64,000 nucleotides of DNA from Eledone cirrhosa. Lineage: Eukaryota. The stretch is taken from positions 377,084,001 to 377,148,000 of the forward strand of contig OZ024743.1 in NCBI GenBank assembly GCA_964016885.1, read 5' to 3'. Numbering within the stretch: position 1 is the first letter of the stretch; every line of letters starts with the position of its first letter. The position numbers and the translations under genes were made by a program. This document shows, piece by piece, positions 52,701 to 64,000 of this stretch. Below the pieces are notes generated by a model, which saw nothing but the letters and a program-made list of their open reading frames with translations, ran no database searches and was not told the DNA's origin.

Positions 52701-53037
52701 TGGACATAATGTAGTCTGTGTTGGCTATTGTAGTCTCGTCATTCAGTAGTGGACATAATGTAGTGTGTGTTGGCTATTGTGGCCACGTCATTCAGGAGTG
52801 GACATAATGTAGTCTGTGTTGACTATTGTAGTCTCGTCATTCAGTAGTGGACATAATGTAGTGTGTGTTGGCTATTGTAGTCTCGTCATTCAGTAGTGGA
52901 CATAATGTAGTGTGTGTTGGCTATTGTGGCCACGTCATTCAGGAGTGGACATAATGTAGTCTGTGTTGGCTATTGTAGTCTCGTCATTCAGTAGTGGACA
53001 TAATGTAGTGTGTGTTGGCTATTGTAGTCTCGTCATT
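19746..53037. repeat. ~33.3-kb satellite array, 49-bp monomer (tattgtagtctcgtcattcagtagtggacataatgtagt[g/c]tgtgttggc), ~680 copies
   Basis: Period 49 (e.g. 21481 to 21530); head-to-tail in one orientation; two degenerate units at 19746-19845; no ORF in the supplied track. Confidence 0.98.
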
Positions 53038-53414
53038 TCTGACAACACCCTCCGAATGAGGCGACAGTTGTTCAATCAAACATAAAACAGTTAAGACGTC
53101 AGTCATGAAGTGCAAATATCTTGACAACTTAAAACTGGATCAATGTAATTGGTTTTTATTCAGGCTACAATTACAGTCCATCGCTTGCTAGATACATTAT
53201 GGACAATAGACCCTTTATACATACATATATATATGTGTGTATGTACGTGTGTGTGTGTGTGTTTTTATTACTGTTATTATTATCATCCTCATAACCATCA
53301 TCATCATAAATCATCATCCATTATTATTATTATCATTATTTTACAGAATGTTTTATATACATATACATATATATAGATATATGTATATTCATATACATAT
53401 GTATATACATATAC

Positions 53415-53503
<89 letters not shown>

Positions 53504-53590
53504 TATATATATATTTACACACACACACACACACACGCACACACACACAGTTTTACACAACACGTTACAGTAGCTGTTCGACATAATTCT

Positions 53591-55141
53591 ACAGGTCGGT
53601 CACCCCTGGGCACTGAACACTTGCGTGCAGAACGGTTTTGATGCCCTGCTCGCATCTTGGATAGGTCCTTTTGGCAGGATCTCTGCCAGGGCTGCCATGC
53701 CTGTAGATTTTGTCTCGAATTGGTAGAGCTCCTCGGTAGCACTGCCTGGGCAGAGACCTCTGGAAGTTATCCATACTAATCCCCTATAGAGTGTCGAAGA
53801 GGAGTCTCCGCTGATTGCCGTTTCCGCTTGGTAGAGGGCTGTGAGCGCCTGAAGGCACTCGAGGTGCCAGGCGCCCATTTTCGGTCTTCGGTTAACCCAG
53901 GACTGCAGCTCTGTTAGTGAGACGAGTTGTGGAAGAGCTCATCTCACAAACGACAGCCACACCGGTTCGCCGGTCAGGAATAGCTGGAGATGGCGTAGCC
54001 TCAGCGCGTGTTTGTGCATCATCAGCCACGGCATGCCCAGCCCTCCGTTAGAAGGGTGTTGACAGCAGATGGATCTCCTCACCAATGGAGCCTGTTTCTT
54101 CCAGAGAAACTTGAAGAGTAGGCGTTCCATTTTGGTGAGGTATTCGCGGGGGCAAGGCACGATTGTCAAGCGGTAGTAGATGACGGATGCTATGTAAGTG
54201 TTCGCTACCTCCGCTCGACTTTTCAAGGAGAGTTTGCACTCAGCCCACTTCTGGGTGAGTGCAAACACCTTCGCCGTGACCTCGTTCCAGTTCTTGTCCA
54301 CCTGGAGGTCTGGACCAAACCAGACTCCGAGCAATTTCACTGGTCCTTCCGTCCAGCGTCCAGCGACACTGTCGGAAGGCATGGGTTTGCCTCTCCATGT
54401 GCTGAGTTGCAAACCGACAGACTTGTTTGGATTTAGTCTTGCTCCTGTCAACGTTTCGTACTCCTGTAATAGGTTGCCGATTACCCCGATGTCCGAGGTT
54501 TTCGACACCATTACGGGTACGTCGTCGGCATAGGCCGACGCTGCTTTCCGCAGTCCTGGTTCGATCGGGATGCCCTGCAACAGCTCCAACTTCCGCAGTA
54601 ATGGATCGAGAGTCAGTACATACAGAATGGAGGAGAGAGGGCATCCCTGTCGGATGGTACGCATGATTTGGAATGGCTTCGATAGATAGCCATTCGCCTC
54701 GACTGCCGAGCAGATGCTGGTGTGCATGGCAGCGATCCAGCCTCTGAAGACGGGACCGAAGCCGCCCGCCTTGAGAACCGCTTCCAAGTATTGATAATCT
54801 ACCCTATCAAATGCCTTAGACTGATCTAAATTGATCAGAGCCCCACCGAGGCCAGGTTTACACCTTACCATCTCTATGATGTATCGCATGAGGTGGAGGT
54901 TGTCGTGTATGAACCTGGTGGGGATTGCACACGTTTGCGCTTCCCCTACCAGGTTCTCGACGACAAGCACCAGCCTCGCTGCTAACACCTTAGCCAAAAT
55001 CTTTAACTCTGTCTTGAGCAGAGTTATGGGCCTGGAATTGCTTATCTCATCCCCCTTGTTCTCATCTTTCCTGATCAGCGTTACTACACCTCTGCCTACA
55101 GGACTGGGAATCCTTCCGTTCTGCTGTCAGTTGCAGTAGAC
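53591..55141 (-). pseudogene. Decayed Tx1/L1-clade LINE ORF2 fragment (RT to Zn knuckle)
   Basis: ORF 53939-54997 has DQSKAFDRV, RQGCPLS, YADD; it is homologous to 8795-10440, with stops and deletions. Confidence 0.92.
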
Positions 55142-55158
55142 AGACAGATAGATAGATT

Positions 55159-55221
<63 letters not shown>
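55142..55221. repeat. (GATA)n microsatellite at the 3' end of the adjacent LINE
   Basis: Direct reading. Confidence 0.95.
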
Positions 55222-55222
<1 letters not shown>

Positions 55223-55224
55223 TG

Positions 55225-58096
55225 TTTCTTTATTAACCACAGGGGCACAAAAGAAGGGGACAAATACAAAGGGGGAAGTTTACATACAATAAAAACGTGT
55301 AAAATGTTATCACAAATGCAATTTAAAAAGTTAGTCGATTTTCCCCAAAAGAGGGAGACAGTTTATATGGGTAACACATACCCCCGAAAAAATGTGCAAC
55401 CCTCATCTCCAGGAGTACGAAGAGTTTGTACTCCTTTCCTCTCCTCCTCCTTTTCCTCAACCTACAGGCTGATATAGAGAGAAGGCCCATTCACTCGGGC
55501 CATTCTCGCCACTTTCACCCACCTTTCATAAAACTTGCTGGGGTACAGCACCTCTCTCTCCATCCTGATTCTTCTTCCAAAGTGGTATTTGAAAAAAAGA
55601 ATCAGTTGTTGGCCGGAGAGAAAGGTGTCTGACCTCAGCCCTTTCAACCTTGTCCACCATACAACCTATTTCGCCATAGCTATCACACAAAGGAAAACCG
55701 CCTCTCCGTTTTTGAAGGAGAGTGGCGGTTTGATCATGATAATGGACTCGGTGGTCAACCGGATTGGTCCCACCCGCGACAATAGTCGTTCTACATATCC
55801 CCACAGGTCGGTGATGCCCGGGCTGTATGAATGCGTGCCCGACGGTTTCTTCGTCTTGCACGCACCTCGGACAGATCTTTTTTGCAGGGTCCCTGCCCGG
55901 GCGCCCATGTCTGTAGAGCTTGTCTCGAACTGGTAGAGCTCTTCGGTAGCACTGCCAGGCCAGGGACTTTTCGAAGTTGTCCATCGGTCCCGGGCGGAAG
56001 GTCTTACCGAACAGACTGGCCAGTTCATCTTCCTCTACGCCTAGAGTTTCACCGAGCGCGTCGTCGCACTTGCTGCGGATCAACCCTCTATAGAATGACG
56101 AAGTGGAGTCTCCACTGATCGCCGGGTCCGCCTGCCAGAGGGCTGTGAGCGCCTGAGCACATTCAATGTGCCAGTCGCCCATTTTCCTCGGTCTTTGCTC
56201 GACACCATTACTGTCACGTCGTCGGCGTAGGCCGACGCCGCTTTCTGCAGTCCCGGTTCCAGAGGGATGCCCTACAATAGCTCCAACTTCCGCAGTAGTG
56301 GCTCGAGAGTCAGTACGTACAGAAGGGAGGAGAGAGGGCATCCCTGTCGAATGGATCGCGTAATATGGAACGGCTCCGAGAGGTAGCCGTTCACCTTGAC
56401 CCTCGAAAAGATGTTGCTGTTGTGCATTGCAGCAATCCAGCCCCTGAAACACGGGTCCGAAGCCTGCCGCCTCGAGCACCGCATCCAGGTAACGATGGTC
56501 AACCCTATCGAAAGCCTTAGACTGATCCAAGTTGATCAGGGCTCCACCGAAGCCGGGTTTACACCCTACCCTCTCTATGATGTATCGCATGAGGTGGAGG
56601 TTGTCGTGTATGGACCTGGTCGGGATTGCGCATGTTTGCGCTTCTCCCACCAGGTTCTCGACGACAAGCGCCAGCCTCTTTGCCAACACCTTGGCCAAAA
56701 TCTGTAACTCTGTGTTTAGCAGAGTTATGGGCCGGAAGTTGCCTATGTCATCCCCCTTATTCTCGTCCTTCCTGATTAGTGTGACCACGCCCCCGGTTAC
56801 AGAACTGGGAATTCTCCCGTTCTGTTGCCAGTTGCAGTAGACCGCTTCCAGGAGACCGGAGAATAAGTCCGGCATTGCTACGTAAAATTCGTAGGGTAGA
56901 CCATCGAGACGTGTATATTTGCGTTTGCCACATTGGCTCAGCGCGTCCCCTATCTCAGCGGCTGAAATCGGGTTTTCGCAGAACTTTGCCTCGCTGTCTG
57001 AGAGTCGCGGTAAGCCGTCGAGGTATGGACCGAAATTCATAGCCCCTCCCGGCGCGCCGCCCCTCCCGAACAGTTGAGCAAAGTGCCGCTGAAAGGCCGC
57101 ACACATCTGCTTCGGCTCACGTATCACGCGTCCGTTTTGGTCCTTCAAAGACCGAATCGTGGACTTGTTGCCACTTTTTTCCTCCGTCACTCGGGTCCAG
57201 TTAACAGCTTTGGCTCCCTCGTTTCCCAGAGCACGTATTTTGCTTCTGACAACGCAGCCCTCGTGCTTTGCGTCGAAGAACTGGTCCAAGGCCGTTCTCG
57301 TTGCTAGCACGCTGGCTACGTTGCCACTTCTAATTGCCTCTTCTACTTTATCTACCAGTTCCTTCTCGGTTCTATTTCTATCTAACGCTAATTCTTTACT
57401 AAAAACTATCGAGTCTAATCTAACTGCCCTCTTGAGAGAGTACTACCATCTGTTGTTGACAATGGCCCCTGTCAAGTGCTGTTTAACTAAAGTGCTAATC
57501 CGTCTACTGTAGGCTTTGCTTGTCGGTAACGACAAGTTCAGCTTCCAATAGCCGGGTCCTTGTCTATGGGTTCTATCAAGGTTGGCCATGCAGGTCACTA
57601 GTTTGTGATCTGAATAGGCAACCATGAACATTTGTGGACAGCTTAACATGTCCCTATCCTTATTTCTAACTAGAATCCTATCTAGGTACGATCTAGATGT
57701 TCCGCTACGATTACTCCACGTCCACAGTGGCGCAGTCGGAAAATCTAGTCGATATCTATCGGCCAGGTCAAATCGGTCGATTAACTGTTTGAGGATGTTA
57801 CAACCCCCTTTATCGAGACATGCTCCCACATAGTCTCAACGTGCATCTAGGATTCCATTCCAGTCCCCCACTAAAAGCAAAGAGCGGGACGTTCCCAGAA
57901 AAGTCTCTAGACGTTTGAAGAAGTCTGGCCGCGGTGTCCCGGATGGGGCATATGCGGCCACCAGCCTGAAGGCTCCACCTTCACTACCGTCAACGTCTAG
58001 GACCACCAGTCGACCCTCCGCGTCCAGATGTACCGTCTGTGTTACGAGACCCAGGTGTTTCCGCAGCAAAATGGCAACTCCGCCCCCACCCCCCGG
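55225..58096 (-). mobile_element. Decayed 5'-truncated Tx1/L1-clade LINE with intact 3' UTR
   Basis: EN motifs (GVAILL, GRLVVL, YAP, GDWN, SYLDR, SDH), RT, Zn knuckle, stop at 55462-55464. 3' UTR homologous to 10784-10998. Frameshifts, stops and a ~610-bp deletion near 56200. Confidence 0.93.
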
Positions 58097-58656
58097 TTGT
58101 GTGTGTGTGTGTGAACGTGTGTGTGTGTTTAGCAAAAATATTTATTTGGATCAAAAATATGGAGCCAAAATTTTATAAATTCAATTTTCATTTTCTCATT
58201 GATCGATTGGTTGGCAAACATTAACTCCGTCCATACAGTATTTGTTAAATTGAACATTTAAACAAATTGTTAGACGTTGAGAATGTATCAGTTTAATCAA
58301 CATACAGAGCTTTTTTTTTAAGGACGTTTGAAAATAAATTCAGCTTAATATCTCAACTGAACTTTGGTTAACACTAACACAAAATGGCGTCAACTAGAAA
58401 ACAACACGTCAAGATTTATTTGTTGTTAGAAGAAATATCAGTACAAACGACAGTTTATTTCTAAGTTAGCCTTCTATCAACGATGTTAATTAGCGCCAAT
58501 TGACATGAATGCACTTAAAGAACGATAAATGTTTAAAGGAATTAGATATATACATAACGAAACGATGTCAATGGGTTTATTATAATATCTCTGCGAACGA
58601 TTATATGTGGGGGTGTAGTTGTGTGTCTGCTTGCATATATGTATATATATATATAT

Positions 58657-58658
<2 letters not shown>

Positions 58659-58687
<29 letters not shown>

Positions 58688-59066
58688 CCGTTTTACGTCC
58701 GTTCTTCCACGCTAGCATGGGTTAGACGGGTTCCTGTTGTGGGCAATATCCGGTCGGCTGACCTGGTCTTGCTCATACGGGAACTGATTCTGGCTTGATT
58801 TCTACAGCTGGATGCCCTTCCTAACACCAACCTCATTTACAGTGAGTGCTGGGTGTTTTTTTTCCGTGGCGCCTACACGTCCACTTTACAGTGTGGGCTG
58901 GGTGCTTTTTTACTGTGGCACCTCCACGACCACTCTGCAGTGGAATGATAGGAACCCCTGTCCTATCATGTCATTTCTACAGCTGAGTAAACTGGAGCAA
59001 TGTGAAATAATGTGTCTTGCTCAAGGAAACAGCACACCAGCCGGTCCGAGAATTGAACTCACAACC
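58659..59066 (-). mobile_element. SINE with RTE-like 3' end and (ATG)n tail
   Basis: (CAT)n at 58659-58687, ggatgcccttcctaacaccaacc, and tRNA-like head gtcttgctcaagg...attgaactcacaacc. Confidence 0.7.
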
Positions 59067-59194
59067 GGGTGGTGTGTTGTTTCTTTGAGCAAGACATGTA
59101 TATATAACATGAATGGACCTGTTATTTTTATCTAAAGACATATTTTCCAATTCCATCCCGCCCGTCCCCTCAATCTATTTTATTTCTCATTCTT

Positions 59195-59230
59195 TCTTCT
59201 GATGAAGGACTAGCGTCCGAAACGTTAGGA
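59195..59230 (+). ncRNA. Minimal type I hammerhead ribozyme motif (probable solo pLTR relic, ~59130-59315)
   Basis: UCUU-CUGAUGA-A-GGAC-uagc-GUCC-GAAA-CG-UU-AGGA; palindromic ACGU stem III. Confidence 0.75.
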
Positions 59231-59328
59231 CCCGCTTCCTGCTATATCAAGCGTTAACCTAATATATACCTTCCGTATACTGTACCGATTGTGTTGTTAT
59301 TTTTGTTTACTTTTTACACACACACACA

Positions 59329-59375
<47 letters not shown>

Positions 59376-59379
<4 letters not shown>

Positions 59380-59565
59380 GTTTCTACTTTTTGGCACAAG
59401 GCCAGCAATTACCCAGTGCATTACTGGTACTTTATTTTATCGACCCCGTAAGGATGAAAGGCAAAGTTAACCTCGGCGGGATTTGAACTCAGAATGGCAA
59501 GGACGGTAACTCTATGCGTCAAAGCATGGCGTCCGACCCTCTCCTGATACTACCAATCCACCGCC
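59376..59565 (-). mobile_element. tRNA-derived SINE, left arm of head-to-head pair
   Basis: Reverse complement of the right arm, with several substitutions and indels. Confidence 0.88.
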
Positions 59566-59570
59566 ATTAG

Positions 59571-59757
59571 GGCGGTGGATTGGCAGTATCGGTAGAGGGT
59601 TGGACGCCATGCTTTCTAGCATAGTTACGTCCCTTTACATTCTGAGTTCAAATCCCGCTGAGGTTAACTTTGCCTTTCATCCTTACGGGGTCGATAAAAT
59701 AAAGTACCAGTAATGCACTGGGTATTTTCTGGCCTTGTGCCTAAAGTAGAAACAATT
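59571..59757 (+). mobile_element. tRNA-derived SINE, right arm of head-to-head pair
   Basis: A-box-like tggcagtatcgg, B-box gagttcaaatccc, body tttgcctttcatcc...gggtcgataaaataaagtaccag. Confidence 0.88.
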
Positions 59758-60155
59758 ATATATATATATAATAAATACAAATACCAAAATCCGAAGAGGG
59801 CTCGATAACGATTGTATATATATATAAATATAAGTACACATAAAGCCGTAGAGCAAATATTTATTAGTACAGATTAAAGTTTATGCAAAGAATTTCTTCT
59901 TTCATCCTATATGGGATCTTCTGAAGATATATACTGTATATATATATATATATATATATATAAAGAGTCATGACCCACGGCTGAGCTCTTGTCGGTTCAG
60001 CCGCTAGTTCCAGACAGTCAGTAACTAGCTATTGAAATGGCAGGAACTCGGGCGTTGGGTTGGACTCGTTGGACTCTTTATAATGTAACCATACTCTACT
60101 ACTCCAAGTATCGAGTACTCTGTTGAGTAATGGTCTAACCAGTTTCAAATTGAAT

Positions 60156-60222
<67 letters not shown>

Positions 60223-60269
60223 ATAAATATATACACACACACACACACTGTATATATATATATTTACAC

Positions 60270-60510
60270 ACACGGTTGGTTTTGCCCGTAAAATCTGTCC
60301 AGTGATTCTTTCCTGGGACATTCTAACCACATTCTCATTGTATCGGAGTTGTGATTTCTTAATTCGGAAAAGTAGCGGCTCTACCTGAAGTGATTCCTTG
60401 ATATCCGGGCTAGGCACTCTGTTTAGTAACTTTACTCCAAAGACCCTTCGGAGGAACCCCATTTTCGGCCGCTTGTATTCGCGATCGAATTCTTTCAGTC
60501 ATTACCTTAG
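60270..60510 (-). mobile_element. RTE-clade LINE fragment
   Basis: Encodes MGFLRRVFGVKLLNRV..DIKESLQVEPLLFRIKKSQLRY...VVRMSQERITGQIL. Confidence 0.8.
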
Positions 60511-60832
60511 ATTCATGACCATAGGTCAGAGGCGGTGGAAGCATTTGTGAATTGGAGGAGTGAGGGGGCAACTTTGGTCAATTTAGTTGTAGTGATTAGT
60601 TTAGATCTTTGCACAGTAAAATGATCAGAAAAGTTCGATATGCGATAAACATTACATGTACATAAATTGTAGTGCATATCCAAATAGATGTGTTTTGGTA
60701 GTTTGAGGAGAAAAATATAATTATTGAGGGGTGGAGGTTGCACATGCTCTGTACCCTTTCCTAGGGGTTAATATATAGTCATTCTTTGTATTTGGTAATA
60801 AACTGGTATTAAACTCAATCTATTCATCTCCT

Positions 60833-60869
<37 letters not shown>

Positions 60870-60871
60870 GA

Positions 60872-60902
<31 letters not shown>

Positions 60903-61256
60903 AGATATATAGATATATCGAATATATATCAAGCTAGAAGCAGAGTAGGACGGACACAGAGAAATGACTTCTTTAAAAGAACATCTATGTGAAAATTAAT
61001 TAATTTTTTTTCTTCCCCTTTTTATTTTCATTTTCATTGCCTTCATCATTATTATTATTATTACCACTATTTGTACAAATATGCAGCTTAACAATATTCT
61101 GCATATCCGCAATTGACAATGCATTTAATGCTAAAACCGGTATTGTAAATAAATTAATGTTTTCATACCTCTGTGAAAAAAATTTCTTAAACATTTTCTA
61201 CAGAAAGAATCTTTTTCCTTTCTACTATTTGTTTATATATATATATATATATAAGA

Positions 61257-61470
61257 TGTGAGAAAAACCACAGACCCTCCATCTCAACTCTACTTTTGAA
61301 AAGCAGAAGAACTGCGAAACCAGTAAAGGAACCAAATAAATATATATATATTTTTTTTAAATAAGACTACAGTTGCATTTTCGATTTCATCCTTTTTCCT
61401 TATACTTCCACTCGTGTAGGACACCTCGGTTATTTTTCATTTTGTAAAAAAAACCTTACTTTCTAATATA
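61257..61470 (+). mobile_element. ~215-bp dispersed element with variant hammerhead, copy 2
   Basis: Homologous to 19115-19330; flanked by (TA)n. Confidence 0.8.
61291..61330 (+). ncRNA. Hammerhead ribozyme motif, U3-A8 variant, copy 2
   Basis: UACUU-UUGAAAA-GCAG-aagaa-CUGC-GAAA-CCAG-UA-AAGGA. Confidence 0.6.
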
Positions 61471-61563
61471 TATATATATATATACATATACATTCATTTA
61501 TTATGGCTATTGGTGAGCTGTGTTACTCTAAAGTTTCACCCACGCACTCACAGAATCACCATT

Positions 61564-61620
61564 CATGTCTGATGATCCTGTGTGTACTCGGGTGAAACCC
61601 CAGAGTAACTAGGTTCATCA
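61564..61620 (+). ncRNA. Degenerate type I hammerhead-like motif
   Basis: CUGAUGA-UCCUG...CGGGU-GAAA-CCCCAG-aguaa-CUAGGU-UC; mismatches in stems I, II and III. Confidence 0.5.
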
Positions 61621-61798
61621 CTTAGCCATAATAAATGAATAAAAATGAGTTTCCAGTCTTACCTCCGTCAATTTTCACGTACTTTCAGGTCTAATTATTT
61701 TATTTTATTTTAATTTAAAAAACATTACATACCACAAAAATATAAGATTACAAGAAATCCCATATTTACGAACGTAAACTACACAATTGCCGATTTCC

Positions 61799-61925
61799 CA
61801 AACTCCCCCTTTCTATAGCTACTACTATACGGAACTCTTTTCCAATTCCCCTCTCTACATCAATTAACACCAAACTCTCCCCTTCTCTATATCTACTACA
61901 TGGACACTCTGTTCCAATCCCCCTC
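61799..61925. repeat. Degenerate direct duplication, ~72-bp period
   Basis: caaactc.ccct.tctata..ctac...gga.actct.ttccaat.cccctct occurs twice. Confidence 0.75.
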
Positions 61926-62059
61926 TTTTTACAAATAGATGTGAGTTTTGGTATTTTGGGGAGAAAAGTATAATTATTGAGGGAGCCATGGCCCCCCTGC
62001 CACCCCTACCCCCAGTACCACCGCTCCTGTTGGCATGAATACCGAATTGACGATAACAA

Positions 62060-62225
62060 GTTTGACTTTTACACCTGCCTCTATTCTTCTCATAACCGGC
62101 TGGATCCTCAAACGTGACCAGCCAAGCTCACGGATTGTATCCAATCATCTTGCTCGGGGTCTATCCATATATCTCATGCCGGGTAGTTTTTCTCGTAAAA
62201 TCTGTTCACTGATTATTTCAACAGA
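62060..62225 (-). mobile_element. RTE-clade LINE 3' fragment
   Basis: Encodes QILREKLPGMRYMDRPRARWLDTIRELGWSRLRIQP. Confidence 0.7.
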
Positions 62226-62344
62226 GTAGACATAATTAAAGGTGCGTAAGTGCCAGGTAAGAGGATTAAAATAGATCACGTTTTATAACCCCCATCCAAG
62301 AACATGAACATTCCCTCAACGAGCTTTCTTTTTTACAATAACCC

Positions 62345-62455
62345 TTTGGTCGACCCGAGGCTATGGTATAAGACACTTGCCTATGTGCTGTGCTGTAGAA
62401 TGGAGCCCGAAACGATCTAGTTGTTAAGCGAAGTTGTTAACCATACGACCATATG
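62345..62455 (-). mobile_element. Degenerate SINE head
   Basis: tttggtcgacccgaggctat.gta.aagacacttgcc... resembles a common cephalopod-type tRNA SINE (recalled similarity, not searched). Confidence 0.6.
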
Positions 62456-62529
62456 TCACTGTAATTGTTTGACTGGATGAGAACATAGCTGAGCTGGCAA
62501 GTGTTATATTAGCGAGAAAATAAGAGGAA

Positions 62530-63139
62530 GTGCGTGTGTATGTGTTTGTGTGTGCGCGTGTGTGTGTGATAGAGAGGGCATGTATGTGTGTGGGAATGAG
62601 TTTGTGTGTGTGAATGAGTTTGTGTGTGTGCATGTGGATATGTGTGAGTGTGAGTGTGTGATAAAGAGGGCATGTATGTGTGTGTGAATGAGTTTGTATG
62701 TGTGTGTGGATACGTGTGAGTGTGTGTGTCTGTGAATGTTTGTGTGTGTGTGTGTGTGTGTGTAAATGTTTTTGTGTGCATGTGTGCGTGTGTTTGTGTG
62801 AGCATGTATGCGCGTGTGTGTGCATGTGCACGTGTGTGCATGTGCATGTGTGTGTGAGCATATGTTAAAGAAAGCGCGTGTGTGTGTGTGCATGTTTGTC
62901 TGAATGTGTGCGTGCGTGCGTGTGTGAATGTGTGTGTGCATGTGTGTGAGCGTGTGTGTGTATGTTTGTGTGTGCGACTGGCGGTAGAATCAGTGATATT
63001 AAAAGAGAGAAGCAAGTTTCTACCGGTGACATATCTTCTAATTGAAGTGTGAACCACAGCGGACAGGGAAAACAGGGAAAGGCAGACTAAATCTGGCTGT
63101 ATATCAGGCTTATTAAGTAGATGGACACACAGTGACACA

Positions 63140-63175
<36 letters not shown>

Positions 63176-63186
63176 TATATATATAG

Positions 63187-63238
<52 letters not shown>

Positions 63239-63335
63239 ATATATCTCTCTCTCTATATATATATATATACATATACATACATATATACATGTATATATAT
63301 TTGTATATATATACACAATATATATACACACACAC

Positions 63336-63390
<55 letters not shown>

Positions 63391-63425
63391 TACATATATA
63401 TATACACACACATACACACACAGCG

Positions 63426-63500
<75 letters not shown>

Positions 63501-63695
63501 TATATATATGTACACATACACAACCACGGGAAAATATACACTTAACCAGCGCACAAAAATAATGTTATATTTTGTTATATTTTGTATGTATGTATGTATG
63601 TATGTATGTATGTATGTATGTATGTATGTATGTATGTATGTGTGTATGTATGTATGTGTGTATACGCGTCTGTGTGTGTATATGTATGTGTGTGC
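62530..63695. repeat. Compound (TG)n/(CA)n/(TA)n/(TATG)n low-complexity region
   Basis: Direct reading. Confidence 0.9.
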
Positions 63696-64000
63696 GGTGG
63701 TTTATAAGAAGATAATGAAGGTGACCGTTTCCAGTATAATAATACAAACACAAATAAATTATGAAAACAAAGCAGGATATAAAAATATGATTTGATAAGA
63801 AAAACATTGAGAGACAGATTGGACAAGAGAAAAAATATGGCGGGCTTTGCGGTATTTTGTTGTTGTTTCTTTTTTTTTTTCGGGTTTTTTGTTTTTGTTT
63901 TTGTTTAGAGAAGAATGATGAGTTCTGTGACAGCAGACGATACTTCGTTGGAAACTGTAACATAACAGTTCCTCTCCCAACGGCAGAAACATCGTCTTTT

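Noticed and set aside
19746-53037. 49-bp array as a CRISPR array or coding repeat
   Set aside because: No unique spacers, no cas genes, eukaryotic context, and stop codons throughout all frames.
59571-59660. tRNA gene
   Set aside because: The A/B boxes belong to a SINE head that continues into the SINE body; no complete cloverleaf.
60527-62028. Possible hAT/MITE termini cagaggcggtggaa ... taccaccgctcctg
   Set aside because: The TIR match is short and imperfect, and no TSD is visible.

Overview
AT-rich, microsatellite-saturated animal genomic DNA. The SINE families resemble those of Octopus/cephalopods (inference). No confidently identifiable host gene. About half the window (19,746-53,037) is one ~33 kb satellite of ~680 copies of a 49-bp monomer, containing multi-kb internal duplications (offsets 9,875 and 3,772 bp). 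The flanks contain: a young 5'-truncated Tx1/L1-clade LINE (7,731-10,998; 19-bp TSD, one frameshift); two decayed relatives on the minus strand (53.6-58.1 kb); a Penelope-like retroelement (RT C-terminus plus GIY-YIG) with 716-bp inverted pseudo-LTRs; RTE, mariner and SINE fragments; and a head-to-head SINE palindrome. The main hidden signal is seven hammerhead-ribozyme-like motifs from about five sequence families. One of these is a U3-A8 core variant carried by a ~215-bp repeat present twice. Most ORFs in the supplied track are microsatellite artefacts.
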